Shown: piece by piece, positions 1-9,579 of the stretch
Layout: the number at the start of each line of letters is the position of its first letter
Numbering within the stretch: the first letter of the stretch is position 1
Assembly (NCBI GenBank): GCA_033764015.1
Contig: JANRJK010000021.1
Span: 1-64,000 of the forward strand
Direction of reading: 5' to 3'
DNA length: 64,000 nt
Source: Candidatus Sumerlaeia bacterium
GTDB lineage: Bacteria > Sumerlaeota > Sumerlaeia > SLMS01 > JANRJK01
Notes under the pieces: generated by a model
Told to the model about the DNA's origin: nothing
Seen by the model: the letters and a program-made list of their open reading frames with translations, nothing else
Database searches by the model: none
Program-made: the position numbers and the translations under genes

Positions 1-224
1 ATCATGTGCGCACGGGTCACTTGGCGGAACTCCGTCCCGCCCTCGATGCCGAGGAAGGCGATCAGATCGGCCACGTCGATCCGGTACGCGCGCCGCGTGC
101 GGGGGTTATCGATGTTCGCGAGCCACTCGATCCAGGGCGGCGGTGGGAAGGCGGTCGGCGCGGCGCGCCGGGGCGTTGCCTCAGGGGTGGCTTTGCCGTT
201 GAACCGCGCGGCGGCATCGATCAT
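1..224 (-). CDS. Tyrosine recombinase/integrase, N-terminal part (runs off the left edge)
   Basis: Manual translation from ATG at 224: MIDAAARFNGKATPEATPRRAAPTAFPPPPWIEWLANIDNPRTRRAYRIDVADLIAFLGIEGGTEFRQVTRAHM. The 'EW.ANI.NP.TRRAY..D...F.GI....EFR.VTRAH' pattern matches the core-binding domain of a tyrosine recombinase family. Not in the ORF track because its stop lies outside the window. Confidence 0.8.
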   Translation of the reverse strand, partial: MIDAAARFNGKATPEATPRRAAPTAFPPPPWIEWLANIDNPRTRRAYRIDVADLIAFLGIEGGTEFRQVTRAHM

Positions 225-299
225 GTTGACCGGCGGCAGTGTCCGGCCCCAACAAGGTACACTGTTCCCCGCAGCCCCACGCCCCGGGAGTCGCTTGCC

Positions 300-2285
300 A
301 TGGGTCTTTTCAGCCGCAGCCCGAAGAAGCCGGACACCCCCAAGGTGTCGCCCGACGAGGATTCCAAGCCGATCGATCCGATGAACGACCTGGCGGCGCC
401 GCTGCCGTCGAAAACGGTGCCCCGGCTCGGGAACACGCCGGTGCCCCCCGGCCGCTCGTCGGCGAATGTGCCGGTGGGCGAGGCGGCGATGGGGCTTTCC
501 GGCCCGCGCAAGCAAATCGTGCCGTCGCGCGAGCAGGCGGCGGCGTTCCACCAGAACCTCGGCAAGGGGAAGAAGAACGCGCTGGCGAACGTCCTGGCGG
601 GGACCGGTGTGATCCCGGAGGGCGAGATCGACCGGCTGCTGCAGCGCCACGGCGAGTCGGCGACGACGCTGAAGCGCGCGCTCGCCACCGAGGGGTTGAT
701 GAAGGAGGTCGACTTCCTCGACGCCATGGCCGACAGCCTCGGGATGGACCGCGTCGAGCTGAACTCGGTGGTGATCACGAAGGACCTGCTGGAGCGGGTG
801 CCGAAGCGCTACGCGAAGCAGTACAAGGTGTTCCCGGTGGATTTCAACGCGCCGCTGAACGAGCTGAAGCTCGCGATCGCGGACCCGCTGAACCTCTCGG
901 CGATCGACGACCTTTCGAAGATCCTGAACTGCAACGTCCGGATGCTGGTCGCGGCGGAGGACGACATCGAGCGCTACTTCCGCCGCTACTACGAGGCGGA
1001 CCCGATCGCGCAGTCGTACATCGACGCCACGGACGCGCTGAACGAGCGCGAGGGCGGCGACATCGACCAGTACACGACGGTGGACATCGGCGACGGGGAC
1101 GACGAGCAGCCGGCGGTGGTGAAGTTCGTCGACCTGATGTTCCGCCAGGCGATCCACGAGCGCGCCTCGGACATCCACATCGAGCCGAACCGGCGCGCGG
1201 TGACGATCCGCTTCCGCGTGGACGGCGTGCTCCACGAGCTGCCGTCGCCGCCGAAGAAGTGGCAGAACGCGATCATCTCGCGGCTCAAGGCGCTCTCGGG
1301 CATGGACCTGGCCGAGAAGCGGGTGCCGCAGGACGGCCGCATCAAGCTGAACCTGCCGGACCGCAAGCTGGACCTCCGCGTGTCGTCGCTCCCCTCGATC
1401 TACGGCGAGTCGATCGTCATGCGCATCCTGGACCAGTCGAACGTCATGCTCGGCCTCGAGGACGTGGGCTTCCTGCCGAGCAACGTGGCGCTCTTCCGCC
1501 AGCTCATCGCCTCGCCGAACGGCATCATCGTCATGACGGGCCCGACCGGTTCCGGCAAGACGACGACGCTCTACTCCGCGCTCGGCACGCTGAACAACCC
1601 GGAGACCAAGATCATCACGATCGAGAACCCGGTCGAGTACATGATCGAGGGCATCAACCAGGTGCAGGTGAGCGAGGACACGGGCCTGACGTTCTCGACG
1701 GGCCTGCGCTCGATGCTGCGCCAGTCGCCGGACGTGATCCTGGTGGGCGAGATCCGCGACAAGGAAACGGCGGAGATCGCGATCCGCGCGGCGCTCACGG
1801 GCCACCTGGTGTTCTCGACGCTGCACACGAACGACGCGCCGAGCGCGCCGAGCCGCCTGGTGGACATGGGCGTGAAGCCGTTCCTGGTGGCCTCGGCGCT
1901 GCAGGCGGTGATCGCGCAGCGCCTGGTGCGCCGCCTCTGCGCCCAGTGCAAGTCGCCCTGGCCGATGAACGAGGACCGGCTGGTCGAGATCGGCGCCACG
2001 CCGGAGGAGCTGCAGAAGATCCGCGCTCAGGAGGTGCGCCTGCTCGGCCCGGTCGGCTGCGACCGCTGCGAAGGCAAGGGCTTCCGCGGACGCACCGCGA
2101 TCCACGAGGTCTTCGTGATGGATTCGCGGCTCCGCTCGCTGATCATCAAGGGCGAGGCGGCCTCGCGGCTGAAGCGCATCGCGGCGAAGGGCGGCATGCG
2201 GACGCTGCGCATGGACGGCTGGGAGAAGTGCAAACTGGGCACCACGTCGGTGGACGAGGTGCTCCGCATCACGCAGCAGGACTAG
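300..2285 (+). CDS. Type IV pilus/type II secretion assembly ATPase (PilB/GspE family)
   Basis: ASDIHIEP, PQDGR, Walker A GPTGSGKTTT, LRQSPDVILVGEIRD, GHLVFSTLHTNDA, Zn-site CAQC...CDRC. Start placed at ATG 300 (MGLFSR), not 6. Confidence 0.93.
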   Translation: MGLFSRSPKKPDTPKVSPDEDSKPIDPMNDLAAPLPSKTVPRLGNTPVPPGRSSANVPVGEAAMGLSGPRKQIVPSREQAAAFHQNLGKGKKNALANVLAGTGVIPEGEIDRLLQRHGESATTLKRALATEGLMKEVDFLDAMADSLGMDRVELNSVVITKDLLERVPKRYAKQYKVFPVDFNAPLNELKLAIADPLNLSAIDDLSKILNCNVRMLVAAEDDIERYFRRYYEADPIAQSYIDATDALNEREGGDIDQYTTVDIGDGDDEQPAVVKFVDLMFRQAIHERASDIHIEPNRRAVTIRFRVDGVLHELPSPPKKWQNAIISRLKALSGMDLAEKRVPQDGRIKLNLPDRKLDLRVSSLPSIYGESIVMRILDQSNVMLGLEDVGFLPSNVALFRQLIASPNGIIVMTGPTGSGKTTTLYSALGTLNNPETKIITIENPVEYMIEGINQVQVSEDTGLTFSTGLRSMLRQSPDVILVGEIRDKETAEIAIRAALTGHLVFSTLHTNDAPSAPSRLVDMGVKPFLVASALQAVIAQRLVRRLCAQCKSPWPMNEDRLVEIGATPEELQKIRAQEVRLLGPVGCDRCEGKGFRGRTAIHEVFVMDSRLRSLIIKGEAASRLKRIAAKGGMRTLRMDGWEKCKLGTTSVDEVLRITQQD

Positions 2286-2391
2286 GCGTCCGCCGCCCCC
2301 CGGGCGCGCCCCCCGCGGTTTCCCGTCGCCCCCGCGGGCGCGCGCGTCCTCTGCTCGCCCTGCCATCCCCCCGGCGAAGGAGAACCCGCCC

Positions 2392-3078
2392 GTGCCCAAG
2401 ACAGTCCTCATCATCGGAGCCTCCCGCGGCCTCGGCCTCGAGTTCGCCCGACAGTACTCCGCCGACGGGTGGACCGTGATCGGCACGGTCCGCACGCGCG
2501 ACGCGGGGCAGGCGCTGAAGGCGCTTCCCGGCGCGGACGCGTTCGCCATGGACATCCGCCGCGAGGAGGACTTCGCGGAGTTCGCCCGCGAACTGCAGGG
2601 GCGCGGCGTGCGGCCGGATCTCCTGATCCACAACGCGGGCGTGAACATCCGCTCCGAGGAGTCCTTCGCGAAGACCTCCTTCGAGGCGTGGAACGAAACC
2701 TTCGCGGTGAACGTCACGGGCGCGGTGGGGTCGGCGCGCTACCTGGCGCCGCTGCTGCCGGAGAAGGCGGGCGCCGTGGCGGTGTTCATCAGCTCGGAGC
2801 TGGGCTCTATCGCGCAGGCGAACGGAGGCTACCTGCCGTACCGGGCCTCGAAGGCCGCGCTGAACATGCTTGTGAAGTGCCTCGCGGTCGAGCAGGCGGC
2901 CCGCGGCGTGTGCTGCGCCGCGCTGCACCCCGGCTGGGTGAGGACAGACATGGGGGGCGCGGAGGCGCCGCTCGAGGCGCCCGACTCGATCAAGGCGATG
3001 CGCAAGGCGATCGCGGCGCTAAAGATGGAGCGGACCGGCTCGTTCCTCGATCTGAACGGCAAGACCCTGCCCTACTAA
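2392..3078 (+). CDS. Short-chain dehydrogenase/reductase (CsgA/C-factor-like)
   Basis: IGASRGLG, HNAG, YRASK catalytic motif, LHPGWVRTDMGG. Confidence 0.9.
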   Translation: MPKTVLIIGASRGLGLEFARQYSADGWTVIGTVRTRDAGQALKALPGADAFAMDIRREEDFAEFARELQGRGVRPDLLIHNAGVNIRSEESFAKTSFEAWNETFAVNVTGAVGSARYLAPLLPEKAGAVAVFISSELGSIAQANGGYLPYRASKAALNMLVKCLAVEQAARGVCCAALHPGWVRTDMGGAEAPLEAPDSIKAMRKAIAALKMERTGSFLDLNGKTLPY

Positions 3079-3106
3079 GCCTCCACTCCGGAGCCATCCC
3101 GCCCCC

Positions 3107-4327
3107 ATGCGCATCCTCCTCCTTTCGCCCCACTTCCCCAAGGAAATGCAGCAGTTCACCCCCGCGCTGAAGGAGTACGGCGCGGAAGTGTTCGGCGTGT
3201 CGGACGTGCCCCGCGAGTGGCTGGGGCCGATCGTGGACCGCTCGCTGGCGGACTACTGCCGGATCACGGACTGGAAGGACGAGCGGCGCACGCTGGAGGA
3301 GATCGCGGCGTGGCTCGGCGGGCGCCCGGTGGACCGGGTGGAGTCGCTCTGGGAGCCGCTGATGGTGCTGACCGGCGCGGTCCGCGACCGCGTGGGCGCC
3401 CGGGGCATGGGGCGCGACACGATGACGGGCTTCCGCGACAAGGACGTGATGAAGGAGCGCACGCGCGCGGCCGGCGTGCGGGTGCCGCGCTCGCGCCGCG
3501 TCCGCAGCGCGGACGACATCTTCCGCGCCGCGAAGGACTTCGGATTCCCGGTGGTCATCAAGCCGATCAGCGGCGTTTGCTCCGCCGACACCTACCGCGC
3601 GGACAGCGACGCGGACATCAAGCTGCTGCTGCCGAAGCTCGGCCACCTGGACGAGGGCAACGTGGAGGAGTTCATCACGGGCGAGGAGTTCACCTGGGAC
3701 GCGATCGTCTCCGACGGCAAGGTGCTGTTCGAAAGCGTGAACCAGTACCACCCGGTGATGCTGGTGTCGCGGACGCACGAGTGGATCAGCCCCGCGGACT
3801 TCACGTTCCGCGACCCCGCCTCGCATCCGAAGCTGCAAGGCGGGCTGGCGCTGGCGCGGCAGGTGCTCTCGGCGCTGCGCTTCGAGACCGGGTTCGTGCA
3901 CATGGAGTGGTTCCTGACCGGCGCGGGCGAGGCGGTGTTCGGCGAGATCGCCGCGCGCAACGGCGGCGGCGGCATCGTCGACCTGGTCAACTACGCGAAC
4001 GACTTCGACGCGTTCCGCGCGTGGGCCGAGGCGACCGTGACGGGGCGCATCTCGAAGCAGCCGACGCGCGCCTACAACGTCACGATGGTCTGCAAGCGCG
4101 CCGAGGGGCAGGGGGCGATCCGCGACATCGTCGGGCTCGACCGCGTGCGCGGGAAGCTGGGCCCGAACCTCGTCTACCAGCACGTCCCCGCGATCGGCGC
4201 GGCGCGCGCCGACTGGAAGGCGAACTACGAGGCCGACGCGCACCTCATCGCGCGCCACCCCGACGAGGCGGTCTGCCTCGAGCTGATGAGGACGATCATT
4301 AACGACCTGCGCATCTACGCCGGCTGA
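3107..4327 (+). CDS. ATP-grasp domain carboxylate-amine ligase family protein
   Basis: FRDKDVMKE, GFPVVIKP, VEEFITGEE, HMEWF, FGEIAAR. Confidence 0.85.
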   Translation: MRILLLSPHFPKEMQQFTPALKEYGAEVFGVSDVPREWLGPIVDRSLADYCRITDWKDERRTLEEIAAWLGGRPVDRVESLWEPLMVLTGAVRDRVGARGMGRDTMTGFRDKDVMKERTRAAGVRVPRSRRVRSADDIFRAAKDFGFPVVIKPISGVCSADTYRADSDADIKLLLPKLGHLDEGNVEEFITGEEFTWDAIVSDGKVLFESVNQYHPVMLVSRTHEWISPADFTFRDPASHPKLQGGLALARQVLSALRFETGFVHMEWFLTGAGEAVFGEIAARNGGGGIVDLVNYANDFDAFRAWAEATVTGRISKQPTRAYNVTMVCKRAEGQGAIRDIVGLDRVRGKLGPNLVYQHVPAIGAARADWKANYEADAHLIARHPDEAVCLELMRTIINDLRIYAG

Positions 4328-4337
4328 GGGGAGTCCG

Positions 4338-5702
4338 TTGCAGCAGCCCGACCACATCGTCGAACTGCGCGCGCGGCTCGACGCCGGCGACCCGGGCGCC
4401 CTCCTCGAATTCCTGGAGACGCTCCCGGCGGACGAGAAGGTGTTCGCGGTCGCGAGCCTTTCCGCGGAGGAGGAGGAGCGGCTGCTGCGCGCGCTGCCGC
4501 CGGAGGCCGCCGCCCGCATCCTCAACGAACTCCCCGACTTCACCTCCTGCGAACTGGTGCGCCGCCTGGAGCCGGAGGTCGGCGCCGCTATCCTCGACGA
4601 GATGCGGAGCGACCGGCAGGCGGACCTGCTGGGCGGCATCGCGGAGGGGGAGCGGGAGGCGCTGATCAGCGCGCTGCCGGAGGCGGACGCCCTGCGCGCG
4701 CGGCAGCTCCTGAACTACGCCCCCGACACCGCCGGCGGCCTGATGGCGACCGAGTACCTAGCGTTCCCCGAGGGCGCCCGCGTCGGCGATGTGCTCCGGG
4801 ACCTGCGCGCGAACCACGAGCGCTACACGCGCTTCGAGGTGCAGTACTCCTACCTGCTCGACGGCGCGGGGCGCCTGACGGGCGTGCTCCCGATGCGCGA
4901 GCTGCTCTTCGCCTCCGAGGCGACGCCGGTCCGCGGCCTGGTGAGGGGGAATCCTAAGAGCGTCGGCTGCGGCGAGACGCTTGCGAACCTGCGCCTCTTC
5001 TTCGACGAGCACCGGTTCCTCGGCGTGCCGGTGGTGGATCCGGACGGCCGCCTGGTGGGGGTGGTGCAGCGCGCCGCCGTGCAGAAGGAGAGCGCCCGCG
5101 AGGCGAACCGGCTGTGGATGCGCGTCTCGGGTATCGTGGGCGGCGAGGAGCTGCGGACCATGCCGCTGCGGGACCGCACGCGGCGGCGCGGCGCGTGGCT
5201 CGGGGTGAACCTGCTGCTGAACATGGGCGCGGCGACCGCGATCGCGTTCTTCGAGGACACGCTGACGCAGGTGATCGCGCTGGCGATGTTCCTGCCGATC
5301 ATCTCGGACATGAGCGGCTGCTCGGGGAACCAGGCGGTGGCGGTTTCCATGCGGGAGATGGTGATGGGCGTGCTGCGCCCGCGGGACGCGATGCGGGTGG
5401 CCGCCCGCGAGGTGTCCGTCGGCGCGATCAACGGCGTGCTGCTGGGCTCCCTCCTGGCGATCATCGCGATCCTGGTGCGGGGCGACGCGGTGCTGGGCCT
5501 GGTGGTGGGCGCGGCGCTGGCGCTCAACACGGTGCTGGCGGTGATGGTGGGGGGCACGCTTCCGCTGCTGGTGAAGGCGCTGCGGCTCGATCCGGCCCTG
5601 GTCGCGGGGCCGATCCTCACAACGGTGACGGACCTCGCGGGGTTTGTGCTGGTCCTCTGGTTCGCCACCATGGCATTACCCTACTTCACGTTGTCTGGTT
5701 GA
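4338..5702 (+). CDS. mgtE: Magnesium transporter MgtE
   Basis: TAGGLM followed by a CBS pair, PIISDMSGCSGNQA, DPALVAGPILTTVTD. TTG start. Confidence 0.93.
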   Translation: MQQPDHIVELRARLDAGDPGALLEFLETLPADEKVFAVASLSAEEEERLLRALPPEAAARILNELPDFTSCELVRRLEPEVGAAILDEMRSDRQADLLGGIAEGEREALISALPEADALRARQLLNYAPDTAGGLMATEYLAFPEGARVGDVLRDLRANHERYTRFEVQYSYLLDGAGRLTGVLPMRELLFASEATPVRGLVRGNPKSVGCGETLANLRLFFDEHRFLGVPVVDPDGRLVGVVQRAAVQKESAREANRLWMRVSGIVGGEELRTMPLRDRTRRRGAWLGVNLLLNMGAATAIAFFEDTLTQVIALAMFLPIISDMSGCSGNQAVAVSMREMVMGVLRPRDAMRVAAREVSVGAINGVLLGSLLAIIAILVRGDAVLGLVVGAALALNTVLAVMVGGTLPLLVKALRLDPALVAGPILTTVTDLAGFVLVLWFATMALPYFTLSG

Positions 5703-5723
5703 TCCCCCCCGAGGTTCCGAGCC

Positions 5724-6359
5724 GTGGCCGAGACACCCGAAGCCCCCGCCCCGGAAGGCGCCTCGCACCGGCTCTTCTTCGCCATCGACCTGCCGCGCCC
5801 GCTGAAGGACCGCATCAACGAGCTCGTGAAGCGCCTCGACACCGCGGGCACCTTCACCGGCGCCAACCCGAAGTGGGTCTCGGACGACAACTTCCACATC
5901 ACGCTCTGGTTCATCGGGAACGTCGACTCGTCCACGACGGGACGGCTGAAGGCGGAGATGCGCAAGGCGGTGCGCGGCGTCGCGCCGTTCACGCTGGACC
6001 TGCGGCACCTCGGCTACTTCCCGACGGAGCGCGATCCGAGCGTCCTGTGGCTCGGGGCGAAGTCCACGCCGGCGCCGCTCTCGCTGCTCCGGACGAACCT
6101 GGCCGCGGCGATCCGCAAGTCCGGCGTGGTGCTGCCGGTCGAGCAGAAGTTCACGCCGCACGTCACGCTGGCGCGGCTGCGCGGCACGCGGCACCTGCAC
6201 GACTTCACGCGCATGATGGAGAACTACCGGCACGCGCACGCGGGCACCTGCGAGGTGCGCGAGGTGGTCCTGATGGAGAGCCACCTGCGGCCCGGCGGCG
6301 CCGAGTACCGCCCCTACGCCACGCAGCCCTTCCCGGATCCCGAGCCGCCGGAGTCCTGA
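5724..6359 (+). CDS. thpR: RNA 2',3'-cyclic phosphodiesterase (2H family, LigT/ThpR)
   Basis: RLFFAI start and two HxT motifs (FHITL, PHVTLAR). Confidence 0.9.
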   Translation: MAETPEAPAPEGASHRLFFAIDLPRPLKDRINELVKRLDTAGTFTGANPKWVSDDNFHITLWFIGNVDSSTTGRLKAEMRKAVRGVAPFTLDLRHLGYFPTERDPSVLWLGAKSTPAPLSLLRTNLAAAIRKSGVVLPVEQKFTPHVTLARLRGTRHLHDFTRMMENYRHAHAGTCEVREVVLMESHLRPGGAEYRPYATQPFPDPEPPES

Positions 6360-6368
6360 CGCCCGCCC

Positions 6369-7619
6369 GTGGAGTCGCGCTTCCTTTCCCGGTTCCTCGA
6401 ACGGCTCGGGCGGATCCCGCCGGAGCAGGTGGAGGCCGTGGTGCGGCAGCTCGCGGCGGAGCGCGACTGGCGCGACGAGGTGCTGGAGTCGCTCGAGGAG
6501 GGGATCCTGCTGGTCGGCGGCGACGGGCGGGTGCGCTGGCACAACGGGGCCTTCCCGCGGCTGGCGGGCTTCGACCGCAAGCCGGACCTGGCCGGCCTGC
6601 CGGTGGCCGAGGCGTTCGTCTGGGAGGAGCTGAAGGCGCTCGCGCGGGAGCGCGCCGCGGAGGGCGGGCCGCTGCGCCAGCGCGACCTGCTGGTGGCGGG
6701 GCGCCGCGCGCGGTGGCTGGCGGTCAGCGTGTTCCCGCTTCGCACCGGCGAGCCCGCGCGCGACGGCGCCGCGGTCTGGGTGCTGGCGGACCGGACGGAC
6801 TCGGAGCGCAAGTCCGAGGACCGGCGGCAGGCGGCGAAGATCGCCTCGCTGGCGACGCTCACCGCGGGCATCGCGCACGAGATCAAGAACCCGCTGAACT
6901 CGCTGACGATCCACGCGCAACTGCTGCAGAAGGCGGTGGCGCAGCTTCCGCCGGAGGCCGCGACGGGCGAGGCGCGGGAGCGGATGGAGCGCAGCGCGGC
7001 GGTGTTCCGCGAGGAGATCGCGCGCCTGACGCGCATCGTCGAGGAGTTCCTGACCGCGGTGCGCCCGATCCAGCCCCGCTTCCAGCGCATGGATGTGAAC
7101 GATGTGCTGCTGGACGTGGCGCGGCTGGTGGGGCCGGAGTGCCACGCGCACGGCATCGAGCTGCTGGTGGAGCCGGACACGGAGGCGCCGCCGATGCGCA
7201 TCGATCCGGAGCTGCTGAAGCAGGCGCTCCTGAACCTGGCGCGGAACGCCGTCGAGGCGATCGTGCCGCAGGCCTCCGCCGAGGGGCGCGCGCACCGCAT
7301 CGCGCTGCGCACGGTGCTCCGCCAGGACCACCTGCTGCTCGAGGTGGAGGACACGGGACCGGGCATCCCGGAGGCGGACCACCTGCGGATCTTCGAGCCG
7401 TACCACACGACGAAGTTCAACGGGACGGGCCTGGGGCTGATGATCGTGTACCGGAACGTGCAGGCGCACGACGGGGCGATCGGGCTGACCAGCCGGCCCG
7501 GCGAGGGGACGATCTTCCACATCGGGCTGCCGCTGGACGAGCGCCCGGTGAGGCTGCTCGGAGCCGCCGAGATCAAGGCCGCCGCGGCGGAACCCGCGGG
7601 TTTCCCCGCGCCGGAGTGA
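6369..7619 (+). CDS. Cytoplasmic PAS-domain sensor histidine kinase
   Basis: H-box AHEIKNPL, N-box LLNLARNA, DTGPGI, FEPYHTTK, GTGLGL. No transmembrane segment seen. Confidence 0.9.
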   Translation: MESRFLSRFLERLGRIPPEQVEAVVRQLAAERDWRDEVLESLEEGILLVGGDGRVRWHNGAFPRLAGFDRKPDLAGLPVAEAFVWEELKALARERAAEGGPLRQRDLLVAGRRARWLAVSVFPLRTGEPARDGAAVWVLADRTDSERKSEDRRQAAKIASLATLTAGIAHEIKNPLNSLTIHAQLLQKAVAQLPPEAATGEARERMERSAAVFREEIARLTRIVEEFLTAVRPIQPRFQRMDVNDVLLDVARLVGPECHAHGIELLVEPDTEAPPMRIDPELLKQALLNLARNAVEAIVPQASAEGRAHRIALRTVLRQDHLLLEVEDTGPGIPEADHLRIFEPYHTTKFNGTGLGLMIVYRNVQAHDGAIGLTSRPGEGTIFHIGLPLDERPVRLLGAAEIKAAAAEPAGFPAPE

Positions 7620-7803
7620 CCGCGGCGCGAGAATCGCCGCGATTTTCAAGGCGATTCCACGTTTTCCACACCCGTTTTCCGTTGACCTTGATCCGGCGCG
7701 CTTCACCCGATTCAACGGACATGCTGGAAACAGCGCGCAGCACCCAACGACGCGGAATCAACGCGGTTCCGCCCACACGCGAAAGCGAAAGGAGATTCCG
7801 TCC

Positions 7804-8112
7804 ATGGCCGAGAAGAAGGCCGCCAAGGCGATGACCAAGGCGCAGCTCATGACGTACCTCGCCGACAAGTCCGAGCTCCCGAAGAAGAAGATCGTCGAGC
7901 TGTTCGACGCGCTCACGGAGCTCGCCTACAAGGAAGCGAAGAAGGACGCCGGCTTCGTGCTCCCCGGCTTCGGCAAGCTCGTGGTCGTGAAGACGAAGGC
8001 CCGCACGGGACGCAACCCGCAGACCGGCGAATCGATCAAGATCCCCGCCAAGAAGCGCCTCAAGTTCCGTATCGCGAAGGCCGCGAAGGACGCCGTCGGC
8101 GGCGGCAAGTAA
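7804..8112 (+). CDS. hup: HU family DNA-binding protein
   Basis: MTKAQL, LPGFGKL, ARTGRNPQTGESIKIPAK. SD AGGAG upstream. Confidence 0.93.
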   Translation: MAEKKAAKAMTKAQLMTYLADKSELPKKKIVELFDALTELAYKEAKKDAGFVLPGFGKLVVVKTKARTGRNPQTGESIKIPAKKRLKFRIAKAAKDAVGGGK

Positions 8113-8126
8113 TCCTCCCCGCGGAA

Positions 8127-8154
8127 CCGGCGGCGGCCTAGGCGCCGCCGCCGG
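8127..8154 (+). other. GC-rich stem-loop after the HU gene (stabiliser or weak terminator)
   Basis: ccggcggcggc-ctaggc-gccgccgccgg: 11-bp perfect stem, no U-tract. Confidence 0.5.
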
Positions 8155-8185
8155 CGCCGCGACCGCGCCCCCGGGGGGGCGCACC

Positions 8186-9574
8186 ATGGACAACCCGATG
8201 AACGAATTCGCCCGCCTCGGCGTGGCCCCCTCTCTTCTCCCGTTCCTCGAGAGGGCGGGATGGACCGCGCCGACACCCGTGCAGTCGCAAGGGCTCGGGC
8301 ACGCGCTGGCGGGGCGCGACCTGCTGGTCGCGGCGCCCACCGGCACCGGCAAGACGGGCCTCTACGCGCTGCCGCTGCTGACGATCCTGGCCGACGCGCA
8401 GGTCCGCGTCGGACGCCCGAAGGCGCTGATCACGGTGCCCACCCGCGAGCTGGCCGAACAGGTCGCCGCGGTCTTCGAGACGCTGAGCGGGGTGCGCCCC
8501 GCGGAGCTGTTCGGCGGCGTGCGCTACGCGCGGCAGGACCTCGCGCTCGCGGAGCGCCGCGCCATCGCCGTCGGCACGCCGGGCCGCACGCTGGACCACA
8601 TCAAGCGCGGGAGCCTCAAGCTCGAGGACCTGCGCCACTGGGTGGTGGACGAGGCGGACCGGCTCTTCGACTCCGGCTTCATGGCGGAGCTCCGGACGCT
8701 CGCGGGCCACATCCCCGAGGCGCGCCAGACGATCCTGCTCTCCGCCACGCTGCCGCCGGAGATGGCGACCTTCGCGCGGACGCTGCTGCGCAACCCCGCG
8801 GAGGTGCGCACCGGCGCGGCGGGCGTGCGCCCGAACATCCGCGAGCTGTTCCACCCGGTGGCGCCGGAGCGGAAGCTGGACCTGCTGCGGCACCTGCTGG
8901 CGGCGGAAGACTACCGGCAGGCGCTCGTGTTCGTCCGCACGCGCCGCACGGCGGACCGCGTGGCCAAGGCGCTCGCGGGGGCCCGCGGCGCCGTCCGCGT
9001 GCTGCACGCCGGCATCGACCAGCCCTCGCGGCTGGCGGCGCTCGGCGCCTTCCGCACCGGCGAGGCGGCGATCCTGGTGGCGACCGACGTCGCCGCCCGC
9101 GGCCTCGACATCCCCGAGCTGGCCTACGTCATCAACTACGACGTGCCGAACACGCCGGAGGACTACGTGCACCGCAGCGGACGCACGGGACGCCTCGAGC
9201 GCCCCGGGCGCGCGTCCACGCTGGTCACGCCGCGCGAGCTGGCGGCGGCCTCGCTGATCGAGGACACGCTCCGCCAGCGGGTGCCGGTGGAGCGCATCGA
9301 GGAGTTCGCGCCGCAGGAGCGCGGCGGCCCGCCGCCGAAGCGCCCCGCGGAGGAGCTGGAGCGCCTGCGCGCACTCGAGCGCCCGCTCGATTTCGACGAG
9401 CGCCCCTACCACACCGGAAAGGCGCAGAGCCCCTTCACCCGCTCCGGCAAGCTGCGCCGCGAGTTCGTCGCGGAGGCGGAGAAGGAGACAACGCCGCAGC
9501 GCAACAAGCGGCGGCGCGCCGAGAAGAAGGTGCTGAACAAGAAGCTGCCGCACCAGCGGCGCAACAAGGGCTGA
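8186..9574 (+). CDS. DEAD-box RNA helicase (RhlE-like)
   Basis: PTPVQ, APTGTGKT, PTRELA, TPGR, DEAD, SAT, ARGLD, HRSGRTGR, basic C-terminal tail. Confidence 0.93.
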   Translation: MDNPMNEFARLGVAPSLLPFLERAGWTAPTPVQSQGLGHALAGRDLLVAAPTGTGKTGLYALPLLTILADAQVRVGRPKALITVPTRELAEQVAAVFETLSGVRPAELFGGVRYARQDLALAERRAIAVGTPGRTLDHIKRGSLKLEDLRHWVVDEADRLFDSGFMAELRTLAGHIPEARQTILLSATLPPEMATFARTLLRNPAEVRTGAAGVRPNIRELFHPVAPERKLDLLRHLLAAEDYRQALVFVRTRRTADRVAKALAGARGAVRVLHAGIDQPSRLAALGAFRTGEAAILVATDVAARGLDIPELAYVINYDVPNTPEDYVHRSGRTGRLERPGRASTLVTPRELAAASLIEDTLRQRVPVERIEEFAPQERGGPPPKRPAEELERLRALERPLDFDERPYHTGKAQSPFTRSGKLRREFVAEAEKETTPQRNKRRRAEKKVLNKKLPHQRRNKG

Positions 9575-9579
9575 GGGCG

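Noticed and set aside
6..299. 5' extension of the PilB ORF and the ORF at 4..384
   Set aside because: Both are antisense shadows of the recombinase gene. PilB more plausibly starts at ATG 300.
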